Shown here piece by piece: positions 28,241-41,982 of a DNA stretch of 64,000 nt. How positions within the stretch are numbered: position 1 is the stretch's first letter; every line of letters begins with the position of its first letter. Origin of the DNA: Eledone cirrhosa (Eukaryota); contig OZ024742.1 of NCBI GenBank assembly GCA_964016885.1, positions 204,104,001 to 204,168,000 on the forward strand, given 5' to 3'. Under the pieces are notes generated by a model. It made no database searches and was not told the DNA's origin. It was given only the letters and a program-made list of their open reading frames with translations. Made by a program: the position numbers and the translations under genes.

Positions 28241-29684
28241 TAATAATAATAACGACAACAACAATAATAATATACATATTCATATATATATACACACACA
28301 CGCACGCACATAAGCATATCTACACACACACACACACACACACGATAGCAACTAACAGTGCTGCGATCGAATGTGGCTTTTTAGCCCAGCCAATGATCTA
28401 AAATGTCTTGCACAGAGTCGGCAACCAAAACACTTACTGGGAATAGTCGGCTGTGGTTGGAGTTCATGTACTTTTGCATGTCGCTTGAGTCCTCCTGCTG
28501 ATTTACATTCTCTACCACATCTTTGGCAAGCATGATGAGTAGCATCTCCAACAGCAGCCTGGTAGTCAACCACTGGTCTTACTTTATAACTGCGAAGATG
28601 ACTTTCGAGTCCAGCTTTGCTTAGGCAGAGTCTCGCACAGACGCTGCATGTGAGAACCATAGGAGGACCCTCGCCGTCTGGAAGTGCAACAGCAATGCCC
28701 TTCCTCACGTCCCGCTTTACTTTCTCGTGTGCGATTCGAGATGCCTCAAAGGCAACTTTTCCCTCATATACAGTCTTTCTCCATTTATTACGATCAGCAG
28801 CAATATTTTCCCATGTATCAGCAGAGATGTTAGCGTCTTTCAGAGAGGCCTTCAAGGAATCCTTATACCTCTTTTTTGGTTTATGTGGCGGTCGTTTTCC
28901 TTTAACCAACTCTCCATAGAAGAGTTGTTTTGGTATTCTAGAATCCTTCATCCTGGCAAGGTGACCACTCCAACGGAGTCGCTGCTTAAGCACAAGAGCT
29001 TCCATACTGTCACACATAGAGCTTTCCAAAATCTCGACATCATTGATGTGGTCCCTCCAGTGAACGCCATGGATCCGTCTGAGACACATCTGATGGAAAC
29101 GCTCCAATTGCTTAAGGTGGCGTCGATATGTGACCCAGGTCTCGCAGGCATAAAGAAGACAAGAGAGCACACATGCCCTGTACACCTTTACCTTTGTCCT
29201 CCTGCATATGCCTCGCCGACCCCAGAGTCGCCTTTCTAGCTTTCCGAAAGCATCACTTGCTTTCCTAATCCTATGTGAGATTTCACTGTCAAGGTTGCCG
29301 TATCGATTGACAGTGCTTCCCAGGTAGACAAACTGATCAACCACTCCAAGTCGTTTGCCATACACATAGATGTTTGTTCAGTGTACTGCTTACCAGGGGC
29401 AGGTTGGTACATGACGGTTTTCTTGATACTGACAGTCAAACCCAGGGCAGTGCCATCGTCAGAAAATACATTCAAAATGTGCTGCATATCACTCTCTGTG
29501 TGCGCTACAAGATCGCAATCATCTGCATACAAGAGGTCTCTTATGACTGATGTAAATACTTTTGTCTTCGCAGCAAAGTGCCTGATGTTAAATATGCTGC
29601 CTGAGGTTCGATATCGGATGTAAACACCATGCTCGCAATTCCTGAATGCAATACAGAAAACCATTGCAAAGTATATGGCAAACA
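27901..29684 (-). mobile_element. 5'-truncated RTE LINE, same family as 34321-38637, with (ATGT)n tail
   Basis: ORFs 28352-29365 and 29236-29684 are near-identical to the RT C-terminus (LLYADD, FVYLGS, RLRWSGH) and zinc fingers of the full copy. Confidence 0.95.
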
Positions 29685-30077
29685 TATACACACGTACATA
29701 CATACACATACATACACACATATATACATATATACATGCATACATACGCATGCACAAATATAGAAAAATATACACACACCTCTACCTTCTCACACACGCA
29801 AATAAATATAAGAAAAAATATATATAATAATAAAAGACATAAAAAAGAAAATAAAGACTATTATAAAGTTGACAGCGATACAGGCAACACATAAATGAAC
29901 AAACACACGTGGTAAGCAATACACACAAATGCACGTACACATACATACGTAAAAATAAATACATACACACACACACTCTTACACATAAATATACATATAC
30001 AAATACATAGACCCATACATACGCATACACAAATACATAACACACACACACATATACATACATATATATATATATAT

Positions 30078-30339
30078 TTAAAAGAATAGAGGTGTAACAC
30101 ACAAGTTATGATATATTGGTAAACGGAAAAGAAAATGCTGACAAATTGTTCACAGTGAAAAATAGTTTAATTAAGAATAAGTGAGAATTAGTAATATTGA
30201 AAAGCATTAGAAATGCGCAACCGGTAAAACTTAAAACCAAAACTGAATACTAACCAATACTATTACTAATTCTCACTTATTCCTAATTAAACTATTTTTC
30301 ATGTGAACAATTTGTCAGCATTTTTTTCTTTTCCGTTTA

Positions 30340-30348
<9 letters not shown>
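30078..30348. repeat. Fold-back element in (TA)n, ~86-bp arms, loop holding a degenerate U3:A8 hammerhead
   Basis: 30111-30196 is inverted at 30261-30348; loop reads TTGAAAA GCAT TAGAA ATGC GCAA CCGGTA. Confidence 0.8.
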
Positions 30349-30399
<51 letters not shown>

Positions 30400-30534
30400 T
30401 ACATACATAGCCATACAATTATACACATACATATACATACATATCACAAACACGCACAACCAAATACAAACACACACATGTATATGTGTGTAAAACTCAT
30501 TCTTAGATAATTCATATGAACCTTATTTAACTCT

Positions 30535-30585
<51 letters not shown>

Positions 30586-30590
<5 letters not shown>

Positions 30591-32168
30591 AAAATTGAAC
30601 AGGGACAGAACAGAGAGACAGTACAATAAATGTTTATTAAATTCACGCTCAGGAGAGTGGGGGGTAGGTGGGGGACGACGTTTAGGGCATAAGCCCTTCT
30701 TCAGGTGAGAAGTGTGTGGGAACAGAGTTCAAAAGGTGTGTAGGGGAGTGGTGGAGAGACATATAGCGAAAGGAAACGGTGCGAATGAAAAATTAACAAA
30801 TAAAGACAAAAAATATAAATATAATAAATAAAAATAAAGCATGATCAAAATACAAGGAAGGAGAACATTTGAAAATAAAGGCATGATCAAAATAAACTGA
30901 AATTAAAAGGGGGGTAAACAGGTGGTGGAAGGGTGTGGGGTGAGTAGGGGGGTGGCGGGTGGAGTGGGGAGAGGGAGACGGGGTGTCCGAGTGGGGAGGG
31001 CTGAAGGTGGTGTGTGTGGTTAGCTGTGCGTGTGTGTGTGTGTGTGTGTGTGTATGTGAAAGTGAGGGTTGGGGGAAGAACGGGGTTGCATGTTCAGGAA
31101 GGTGTGTGTAGGGGGGTTTGTGGGTCGGAGTGTCTGTGCGTGTGTGGATAGGGGGGTGGGGGGAGAGGAATCAGGAGGCTGAGGGTGTAAATATGTGGTG
31201 GGAAGCACGTGTGTGTGGTTTAAGCGTGTTGTGGGTGTGGGTGGCGTGTGGATAAAAAAAAATTTTTGGAGGGTGTGTGTGTGGGTGAGTTATGTAGGTG
31301 TAAGAGGATGGTTGAAAAGTTGGTAATTTCCACGGATGTTTGGAGATTTGGTTAGAAGTCAATTTCGCGTGTGGGTAATCCAAGAAGCGGTGGTCGGAAG
31401 AGGAGAGATGTGGGGTGCGCGCGCAACAGGAAGTGGTCAGCAGTGGGAGTGCTGTGGTCAGTTGGTGCTGAGAGGTGGTCGGAAGGGCATAGCAGCAGTC
31501 GGTGGAATGGTAGGGAGGCGAGGATGGGTAGGTGTGAGAGTTGGAGTGAGGAGGGTGTGGGTGTGTGTGTGTGTATTAGTAGGGGTGTTAGTGGGATGAG
31601 TGAGTGTGGAGCGGGGAGAGAAGGGTGTGTGTGGTTCCATGGAGGGAGTGTGGTGTACTGGTGTGTGTGTAGTTTGGTGAAGAGGTGTTAGTGGGTGTTA
31701 ATATACGGGAGGTGGGGAGGGGTGGAATGCAGGTGTGAGTGGGGGTTAGTGGTGGTAGGGTGTGTAGAGTTGGTGGTGTACGAGGGTGTGTGGGTACGTG
31801 TGCGTGGGGTTGGGGGGTGTTACTGATGTTAGTTGCGTGTGGGGTGGGTGGTGTAAGTGGGTGCGTGTGTGCGTGTGATAAGGAGGGGGGAGTAGGAGAA
31901 GAGGGAAAGGAAGGGATGTTAGTATGTTAGTTGGGGAAGGGTGGTCAGATGAGGGGTGGAGTGGAGGTGTTAGTATTGTTAGTGTGGGGTGGGCGGTGAA
32001 AAGGAGGGGTGTGTTAGTGGTGTTAGTGGGGGATAAGTGTGGGGGAAGGGGGGCGTCGAACGCTAAAGGAATAAGGGTGGGGAGTTCAGGCAGGGGGGAA
32101 TGTGGGTCTGTAAGATGAAGCTAGTGCGTTGTTCGACCGTAAGGCGATGGGCGGGTGTTCCGTGGCAC
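30586..32168 (-). mobile_element. 5'-truncated Penelope-like element: last codons of the endonuclease and a C/A-rich 3' UTR
   Basis: Minus-strand HRLTVEQRTSFILQTHIPPCLN resembles the PLE terminus R..EQ..IF.L.T..P.GLN; hammerhead remnant CTGAAGA AGGGC TTAT GCCC TAAACGTCGTC at ~30674-30704; AATAAA downstream. Confidence 0.65.
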
Positions 32169-32274
32169 TGACACATACATACATACTCACATACACATAT
32201 ATACCTACACACACATATATACATACACATACGTATGCATACGTACACACACACACACATATACATATATAACT

Positions 32275-32314
<40 letters not shown>

Positions 32315-32369
32315 GTGAGGTTTTTTTTACAAAATGAAAAATAACGGAGGTGTCCTACACGAGTGAAAG

Positions 32370-32659
32370 TATAAAGAAAAAGAGATGAAATCGAAAATGC
32401 AACTGAAGTCTTATTTTTTTTTTAAATATATATATTTATTTGGTTCCTTTACCGGTTTCGCAGTTCTTCTGCTTTTCAAAAGGTGAGTTGAGATGGAGGG
32501 TCTGTGGTTTTTCTGTGAGAAAAACCACAGACCCTCCATCTCAACTCACCTTTTGAAAAGCAGAAGAACTGCGAAACCGGTAAAGGAACCAAATAAATAT
32601 ATATATTTTTTAAAAAAATAAGACTTCAGTTGCATTTTCGATTTCATCTCTTTTTCTTT

Positions 32660-32662
<3 letters not shown>
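32370..32662. repeat. Near-perfect ~290-bp palindrome (3-nt spacer centred at 32516), each arm carrying a hammerhead motif
   Basis: Arms are reverse complements around TTTTTCT-GTG-AGAAAAA. Confidence 0.93.
32549..32586 (+). ncRNA. Minimal type I hammerhead ribozyme, U3:A8 variant (mirror copy 32446-32483 on minus)
   Basis: CCTT-TTGAAAA-GCAG aagaa CTGC-GAAA-CCGG-TA-AAGG: stem I CCTT/AAGG, stem II GCAG/CTGC, palindromic stem III ACCGGT, GUA triplet. Confidence 0.72.
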
Positions 32663-32695
<33 letters not shown>

Positions 32696-32877
32696 GAGAA
32701 AGAACATAAATATTATAAAATAAATACTGTATATATAAAAATAAAAATAAAAATAAAAATAAAAATAAAAATAAAAATAAAAATAAAAATAAAAATAAAA
32801 ATGAAAATAAAAAGTTGGGAATACGATGCACATATCTAATGATGCACATACATACACCCTTATACATATATACATAT

Positions 32878-32908
<31 letters not shown>

Positions 32909-32970
32909 CATACACACACACACATACAAAAAAACACAACCACAGAAATACACACATACATACAATTACG

Positions 32971-33074
<104 letters not shown>

Positions 33075-33173
33075 TAGGAAAAAGTCTGACTACGGCAGAG
33101 CACAAGCCTTTTCTGAGGCTATTATATAAAAACAATGGCTATTATATAAACAATGGCTATTATATAAAAACAA

Positions 33174-33566
33174 TGGCGGTGAATTGGCAGTATCGGTAGA
33201 GGGTCGGACGCCATGCTTTGACGCATAGAGTTACGGCCCTTGCCATTCTGAGTTCAAATCCCGCCGAGGTTAACTTTGCCTTTCATCCTTACGGGGTCGA
33301 TAAAATAAAGTACCAGTAATACACTGGGAAATTGCTGGCCTTGTGCCAAAAGTAGAAACAATTATATAAAAACACACATGGTGGATTGGCAGTATCGGTA
33401 GAGAGTCGGACGCTATGTTTTCCAGCATAGTTACGTCCCTTTACGGTCTGAGTTCAAATCCCGCCGAGGTTCACTTTGCCTTTCATCCTTACGGGGTCGA
33501 TAAAATAAAGTACCAGTAATGTACTGGGTTATAGATGGCCTTGTGCCAAAAGTAGAAACAATTATA
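33174..33566 (+). mobile_element. Two tandem tRNA-derived SINEs with a Nin/Deu-like core (~33174-33365 and ~33378-33566)
   Basis: A-box-like TGGCAGTATCGG, B-box GAGTTCAAATCC, and core GCCTTTCATCCTTACGGGGTCGATAAAATAAAGTACCAG in both copies. Confidence 0.85.
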
Positions 33567-33904
33567 TTTATATCTATGTATGTATGTGTGTATATATGTG
33601 TGTATATATATATATATTTTATATATATATATACATATGTATGTATATATGTATGTGTGTATATATAACAACAGCTTCAGAATGAACTGAAATGAACATT
33701 TACAACAACAACAACAACAACAACAGCGGCATCAAAAGATAAAAAAAAAGAAAGGGAGGGAAAAAAAAGAAAAAAAAACTCAAAATAACAAAACACACAC
33801 ACACACACACGCACACAACACAACAACAACATCAACTGCCACCACCACCACTACCGCCGCCGCCATCATCATCACCAGCGACCGGGCCTTAAGAAAACAA
33901 CTTT

Positions 33905-34062
33905 AATAATAATTTTTTCTGCTTTTGGCACGGATCCAGCGATTGGACCAGCGCATCACTGGTACTCTCTTTTGTTGACCCCATGGGGATGAAAGGCAAG
34001 GTTGACCTCGGCGGGATTTGAGCTCAGAGCGTGGAGGGCCGTGACTCTATGCTGTAAAGCAA
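33905..34062 (-). mobile_element. Diverged SINE of the same family, opposite strand
   Basis: Reverse complement reads CTGAGCTCAAATCCCGCCGAGGTCAACCTTGCCTTTCATCCCCATGGGGTCAACAAAA...GTACCAGTG. Confidence 0.8.
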
Positions 34063-34320
34063 TTATAATAATACTGGACTGTAGTACGATCGGCTTCAAC
34101 TATACAAACTCTTGAAAGTCAACAGTTGACATAATCTTGTAATCTTGTATCAGTAATGACGGTAATATATATATATATGTGTGTGCGTGTGTGTATAAGT
34201 GAGTAGAGTAGCGTGTGTGTGTTTGTTTGTATGTATGAGTGTTGCTGTGTGCGCGCATATGTATGCGCATGTGTGTGTCGTACGTATAAGTGTCAATAAG
34301 TGATTTTTTTTTTTTTTTTT

Positions 34321-37300
34321 ATTGCGCGGGGACATAGAAATAATCGGGCTGGATGCCCGATCGCGCAGTTAAACCACTGGGAGTGAAGAACCCCTAGCCC
34401 TTGTCAGGGCATTCTTCTAGGAGAAGGCATCTCAGGAAACTGGGTTAACTCCGACATAAAACCTGCGGGTCAGTAGTTACCGATGATGTTGATCTTTTCT
34501 TCTTTTCGGGTTATAGCTACTGTCGCTCAGAGAGTGGGATTGGCTCAGTGCACAGTCTTTCCTCACTTTAAAAATATTCGTCACGCACAGGCATTGCACG
34601 AGTGCATTAATAATTATTAATAGTGTACTATTATTATTATTATTATTACTATTATTATTACTTTTTTTTTTTTTTTTTTTTTCCAATTCAATGATGTTCC
34701 AGAACAATATAAAAGAGATAATTGGCAATTTAGGTTCTGGAACAAAAAAGATCATTGGCAATAAGGGCAGGGACCCCAGGTTATCACAGCCTGGGCCCGC
34801 TCGTCATCGTGCCATTGTAATAGAGCCAAACAAGGCATTTAGTCTTGGCTGCTGGAACGTACGGATGCTGCTTGACAGGGATTCATTGGGGCGTCCTGAA
34901 CGAAGGACCGCTCTTGTTGCAAAGGAGATTCAACGTTACGATCTTGACATCGTGGCTTTATCTGAGACGAGGCTAGCTGGAGATGGTCATCTTACGGAAT
35001 TTTGTGGAGAATATACATTCTTCTGGAAAGGAAGAGATGAAGGAACCAGAAGAGAGGCTGGGGTAGGATTTGCTGTTAAGACTGTGCTTGTGAACAAATT
35101 AAAAGAATTCCCAGTAGGGATTAGTGAGCGTCTTATGTCCATGAGAGTTCCGCTGGACAAGGGAAGATATGCTACCCTGGTGAGTGTGTATGCTCCAGCT
35201 ATGAGTTCTGTCGATGAGGAAAAGGTGTCCTTTTACCATGACTTGAAAGGTGTTTTAAGAAATATCCCTCAGGCAGACAAAGTCATCGTGCTTGGTGACT
35301 TTAATGCTAGAGTGGGTAGGGATTTTAACACATGGAATGTAATCGGAAGGCATGGGGTGGGAAAGTGTAACAGCAATGGTATGCTCCTGCTGCAGATGTG
35401 TGAGGAGCTGGATCTGTGTGTTACCAACACCATGTTCCAACAAAAGAACAAATTCAAGACCACATGGATGCATCCTGCATCTAAGGAATGGCATCTTTTG
35501 GACTACGTCCTAGTCAGGATGCGTGACAGACAGGATGTGCAGTGTGTTCGTGTTCTTCGTGGAGCTGAGTGCTGGACGGACCACCGCCTGGTACGCGCAA
35601 AAGTGAAACTAATCACTAAACGTGAAATCCGGGCTCCTGGTGTTGCCCTGCCCAAAAGATTGAATGCTGCTCGTCTTAAGGATAAAAATGTGAAGAGGAC
35701 ATTGGAAGAAGAGATGCAGGCTGCAGATCTTGGTGAGGATTGGCCGACCCTTAAAAAGTCGGTTTATGATGTAGGCAGGCGTGTTTTGGGATTGGCGCAG
35801 AGGAAACATCAGGACTGGTTTGATGAGAATGATGTATATATAGAAGACTTGTTGGCTGACAAGAGGCGTGCTCTGTCACGCTACTTGACGGCAAAACCAC
35901 AGGAGAGGAATACGTTGCATGAGGAACTCAGGGATGTAAAATCACGTGTTAGGCAGAGTCTTTCTCAGATGAAGGATCAGTGGTGGAGTGAGAAGGCTGG
36001 TGAGATACAAACTGCGTCTGATTCCAATAACACAAAGCTGTTGTACAGTCTCTTGCGTGAGGTTTATGGACCGTCTTCTTCTCTGGTGACACCGCTTCGC
36101 AGCAAGGATGGCAAAGAACTTCTTCGTGACTCACAAGGAATTCTACGAAGGTGGCGAGAGCACTTTGACGATCTTTTGAATCAGCCGTCTGTCGTCAGTG
36201 AAGATTTGCTCAATCTCATTCCAGAAAGTCCTGTGAAAGTAGCTCTCGCAGAACCTCCGACGCTTGTGGAGGTTGCAGTGGCTATTTCGAAGCTGAACAG
36301 TGGAAGATCTCCAGTTATGGATAGCATACATGCTGAGCTCCTACAATATGGTGGTGAGAGACTCCTGCAACATCTTCACTCTTTGTTTGGCAGGATATGG
36401 GCTAATGAATCCGTACCTGAGGACTGGAGAGATGCAGTAATGGTGGTATTGTACAAGGGAAAGGGTAACAGGAACGATTGTGGGAACTACAGAGGTATAT
36501 CATTGCTTTCTGTCGTAGGGAAAGTTTTATGTAGGGTGCTTCTGGACCGTCTGCTGACACACATTGCAGATTGTGTTCTTCCTGAAAGTCAATCTGGTTT
36601 TCGTGCTGGACGCGGCACTACTAATATGATCTTCTCAGCTAGACAGCTCCAGGAGAAGTGCATGGAACAAGGCTTGGATCTGTATCAGGTTTTTGTCGAT
36701 CTTACAAAAGCTTTCGATACTGTTAACAGAGATGCATTATGGAAGGTTCTCCAGAAACTTGGTTGCCCTCATAAGTTCCTTGCTTTAGTTAGGTCTTTCC
36801 ATGACGACATGAAGGCTTGGGTTAATGTCGGGGGTAACATGTCGGAGCATATCTCAGTAAAAAATGGAGTGAAACAGGGGGATATTCCAGCACCGACCCT
36901 GTTTGCCATATACTTTGCAATGGTTTTCTGTATTGCATTCAGGAATTGCGAGCATGGTGTTTACATCCGATATCGAACCTCAGGCAGCATATTTAACATC
37001 AGGCGCTTTGCTGCGAAGACAAAAGTATTTACATCAATCATAAGAGACCTCTTGTATGCAGATGATTGCGATCTTGTAGCGCACACAGAGAGTGATATGC
37101 AGCACATTTTGAATACATTTTCTGACGCTTGCACTGCCCTAGGTCTGACTGTCAGTCTCAAGAAAACCGTCGTCATGTACCAACCTGCCCCTGGTAAGCA
37201 GTACACTGAACCAAACATCTATGTGTATGGCAAACGACTTGGAGTGGTTGATCAGTTTGTCTACCTGGGAAGCACTGTCAATCGATACAGCAACCTTGAC

Positions 37301-38261
37301 AGTGAAATCTCACTTAGGATTAGGAAAGCAAGTGATGCTTTCGGAAAGCTAGAAAGGCGACTCTGGGGTCGGCGAGATATATGCAGGAGGACAAAGGTAA
37401 AGGTGTACAGGGCATGTGTGCTCTCTTGTCTTCTTTGTGCCTGCGAGACCTGGGTCACATATCGACACCACCTTAAGCAATTGGAGCGTTTCCATCAGAT
37501 GTGTCTCAGACGGATCCATGGCGTTCACTGGAGGGACCACATCAGTGATGTCGAGATTTTGGAAAGCTCTATGTGTGACAGTATAGAAGCTCTTGTGCTT
37601 AAGCAACGATTCCGTTGGAGTGGTCACCTTGCCAGGATGAAGGATTCTAGAATACCAAAACAACTCTTTTATGGAGAGTTGGTTAAAGGAAAACGACCGC
37701 CACATAAACCAAAAAAGAGGTATAAGGATTCCTTGAAAGTCTCTCTGAAAGACGCTAACATCTCTGCTGATACATGAGAGAATATTGCTGCTGATCGTAA
37801 TAAATGGAGAAAGACTGTATATGAGGGAAAAGTTGCCTTTGAGGCATCTCGAATCGCATACGAGAAAGTAAAGCGGGATGTGAGGAAGGGCATTGCTGTT
37901 GCACTTCCAGACGGCGAGGGTCCTCCAATGGTGCTGACATGCAGCGTATGTGCAAGACTCTGCCTAAGCAAAGCTGGACTCGAAAGTCATCTTTGCAGTC
38001 ATAAAGTAAGACCAGTGGTTGACTACCAGGCTGCTGTTGGAGATGCTATTCATCATGCTTGCCAAACATGTGGTAGAGAATGTAAATCAGCAGGAGGGCT
38101 CAAGCAACATGCAAACGTACACGAACTCCAACCACAGCCGACTATTCCCAGTGAATGTTTTGGTTGCCGACTCTGTGCAAGACATTTTAGATCATTGGCT
38201 GGGCTAAAAAGCCACATTCGATCGCAGCGCTGTTAGTTGCTATCGTGTGTGTGTGTGTGTA

Positions 38262-38308
<47 letters not shown>

Positions 38309-38459
38309 GCTTATGTGTGTGCGTATATATATATGTATATGTATATTATTATTGTTGTTGACGTTATTATTATTGTTGTTATGATTATTATTATTATTAT
38401 TGTTATTAATGTATGTGTGTGTGTATATGTGTGTGAGTGTGTGTGTCTGTGTATATGTG

Positions 38460-38526
<67 letters not shown>

Positions 38527-38637
38527 TTCTTTTTTTTATTTTTATTTTTTATTTATTTATTATTATTATTATTTTTTTTTTTTCTTTCTCCTCGTGCAAT
38601 GGCCATACTCGATAACGAGGGGGCAGCCATCATCATA
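34321..38637 (+). mobile_element. Near full-length RTE-clade LINE
   Basis: 5' UTR with CTAGGAGAAGG motif, single EN-RT ORF, microsatellite-rich 3' UTR ending in a CTCG-ATAA-CGAG hairpin and (CAT)n; no clear TSD found. Confidence 0.92.
34691..38236 (+). pseudogene. RTE ORF: APE endonuclease, reverse transcriptase and three C-terminal C2H2-like fingers; one in-frame TGA at 37775-37777
   Basis: EN motifs WNVR, LSETR, YAP, GDFNARVG, DYVL, TDHRLV; RT motifs YRGISLL, QSGFR, FVDLTKAFD, GVKQG, YADD; the sister copy has TGG at the stop position. Confidence 0.93.
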
Positions 38638-38787
38638 TATAACTTTAATGTGTGTATATGGGCGTGTGTATATTTGTGCGTGTATGTGTATTTTGTTATA
38701 TAATGGTTTTGTGTGTTTTTATATAATAGCCTCAGAAAAGGCTTGAGCTCTGCCGTAGAGTCAGACTTTTTCCTATGTGTGTGTGTG

Positions 38788-38882
<95 letters not shown>

Positions 38883-39208
38883 GTAATTGTATGTGTGTGT
38901 GTATTTCTGTGGTTGTGTTTTTTGTGTGTGTGTGTGTATGTATATATATGTGTGTCTGTGTGTGTGTATATATGTATATATGTATAAGGGTGTATGTTTG
39001 TGCATCATTACATATAGTGATTTGATGATTATTTTCATTGATCTTTTGCTCCCGGAACTTGTTGAGTGCTCTAGGTCTGTTATGGGCATTTATACCCTTT
39101 TCTAAATATATATTTTTTAATTTATTATTTGTCAAATTCCCAACTTTTTATTTTCAGTTTTATTTTTATATATACAATATTTATTTTATAATATTTATGT
39201 TCTTTCTC

Positions 39209-39240
<32 letters not shown>

Positions 39241-39436
39241 TTATATATGTATATGTGTGTGTGTGTATGTGTGTACGTATGCATACGTATGTGTATGTAT
39301 ATATGAGTGTGTAGGTATATATGTGTATGTGAGTATGTATGTATGTGTATGTATGTGTGTATGTATATATATATAAATGAAAGGTATAGAAATTGTTTTA
39401 GCGAGAAGCTAATAGTATTCTATATATATATATATA

Positions 39437-41031
39437 TAACAAATAATAGTTAAATGCAGTCCACTTAGGTGTAGTCAAGTTATGGTATGCCGGGTAGTGG
39501 ATGATATCAACGCTTGGCTTGGTTTGACTCAACAAGGCGTTTTCATAGTGATGCTGCGGGTATGCTGTAATTCCTATGTTGTAAACGCTTGGAGTAATAA
39601 TAAATCAGGAAAGAAGATTGACATGGTTTGCTATACAAAAAAGGTTTTTAATCTCATTGCTGACAATTGTTTCTCTGAACTGGTAGGTCTAGAGAGGCGA
39701 ACAGATGTCTCGATTCGAGCCTAGTATACATGTGCACGGTCATCTCGGATAACTCCACATGGAATTACATAGGATCCACCGCGGGTTCTTTTAAAAAAAG
39801 ATGGTATGTGCACAGGCACTCAATGAAAAACCGTGCACTTATGGCTTCCACAACCTTCGCCCCAAAAATATGGGAACTGAAGAACAGCAGCACTAACTAC
39901 AGTATTAACTGGTCGAAGTTGTCGGCTGCTAAAACCTATAGTACAGGTATGTCCCACTGCGGGCTATGTGATCTAGAACTAATGTATATCCTCAAAAATG
40001 TAAAAAGGCTACTTAACAATAAGTTAGAAAGATCTATCTTCTGCAGACATAGAATTGCCACTAAATTCATAAGATTCAAACCTCCGTGAATCGAACCAAC
40101 ACAACATAGCTTTAAATTAGGATACCCACTACCCTGCATAAATCACCACAGAAATATACTCATTAAGTACACTCTAGCCTTCACAAGTCTATACCACACA
40201 AATGTCTGTAAGTACCTCATCAACCCACAAACTTATTCCTTCTCAGCTGCTGCCATCATTTGATCCTAAATCCAAGTATTTCTCAAATCACTACTACAAT
40301 GTAACTTTACCCTCCTGTTGCCATAATTACAATCAGCACGCTTATCTCTTTGCATGTATGTATATTTTTGTACGAGTGTATATTGATGTGTATGTATGTG
40401 TCTATGTACACATGCATGTGTATATATATATATATATATATGTGTGTGTATATGTGTGTGTGTGTGTATAAATATATGTGTATATTACCTCCTTAACCTC
40501 TGTATTAACTCAACCACTATTTAGCTTTGACAGTGTTGTCCCATTCGTGTATGTTATTGAAGATGAAAAGAAAGACTGTAAACACCGGCTTATCTTTAAA
40601 ATTTAAAATTGATACAATACACCCTACGATACTCTGTACATGCCAAACTTTTACTTCTGCTTCATGTCAGCTAGTTTTACACGCCGAAATCTTAGATACA
40701 CTATACCCCTCACCTAAGTAATGTCAGAGTCTCCTCAAATAATTTATTAATAGCATTGTTGTAATTGTTGTTATTGTTCTAACTGAATGCCATTACTACT
40801 TAATATAGTAGCCTGTATATTCCTTTCATGCCTGTATAGTAGCCTGTATATTCCTTTCATTCTCGCATGCTCCGAAGAACTGATTGGTTATAATTTTGTA
40901 TTGGCGATCGAGTAACGTGAAAACAAGCGAATAGCGATCCCTAGACCTACCAGTTCAGAGAAACAATTGTCAGCAATGAGATTAAAAACCTTTTTTGTAT
41001 AGCAAACCATGTCAATCTTCTTTCCTGATTT
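39437..41031 (+). mobile_element. 5'-truncated Penelope-like element (GIY-YIG domain ~39722-40089) with an inverted 3'-end copy
   Basis: VYMCTV...YIGSTAGSFKKRWYVHRHS...CGLCDLE...CRHR; ~90-bp inverted repeat 39601-39690 / 40941-41031; flanked by (TA)n. Confidence 0.88.
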
Positions 41032-41982
41032 ATATATATATATATTTATCTAAGAATGAGTTTTACACACATATATATGTGTGTGTTTGTATTTGGTTGT
41101 GTGTTTTTGTGATATGTATGTATATGTATCTGTATAATTGTATGGCTATGTATGTATGTGTATATATATATATATATATGTATGTATGTGTATGTGTGTG
41201 TGTGTTATGTATTTGTGTATGCGTATTTATGGGTCTATGTATTTGTATATGTATATTTATGTGTAAGAGTGTGTGTGTGTATGTATTTATTTTTACGTAT
41301 GTATGTGTATTTGCATTTGTGTGTATTGCTTACCACGTGTGTTTGTTCATTTATTTGTTGCCTGTATCGCTGTCAACTTTATAATAGTCTTTATTTTCTT
41401 TTTTATGTCTTTTATTATTATATATATTTTTTCTTATATTTATTTGCGTGTGTGAGAAGGTAGAGGTGTGTGTATATTTTTCTATATTTGAGCATGCGTA
41501 TGTATGCATGTATATATGTATATATATGTGTGTATGTATGTGTATGTATGTACGTGTGTATATGCGTATGATTGTGTGTATGTATGTTTGTATGTATATG
41601 TATGTGTGTATGGCTATGTATGTGTATGTGTATGCATATATATATATATATATATATATTTATATTTTATATATATATGTATATATATGTGTGTGTATGT
41701 ATGGATATGTTGATATTTATGTGTGTATGTATGTATGTGTATATGTATGTGTATATATATATATACACATATATATGTGTGTGTGTGTGTATATGGGTGT
41801 GTGTATGTATGTGTGTATGTAAATATATTTATATATATGCGTGTATGTATATAATTGTGTGTGTGTGTGTTTGCATGTGTGTTTTTATTTTATTTTTCCT
41901 TTCTTTCTTCCTTCTCCAGCCTCACTTTCATATAGATTACATTTTTGTTTTTAAAATCCAATGTCAATAAATACGCCAGGAT

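Noticed and set aside
33174-33270. tRNA gene
   Set aside because: A- and B-boxes are present but lead into a SINE core, and no cloverleaf forms.
37775-37777. Selenocysteine or programmed readthrough at the RTE in-frame TGA
   Set aside because: The sister copy has TGG (Trp) at this site, so a nonsense mutation is the simpler explanation.
40865-40937. Hammerhead in the 39.4-41.0 kb PLE (CCGAAGA...GAAA)
   Set aside because: Core mismatch and no convincing stem II or III.
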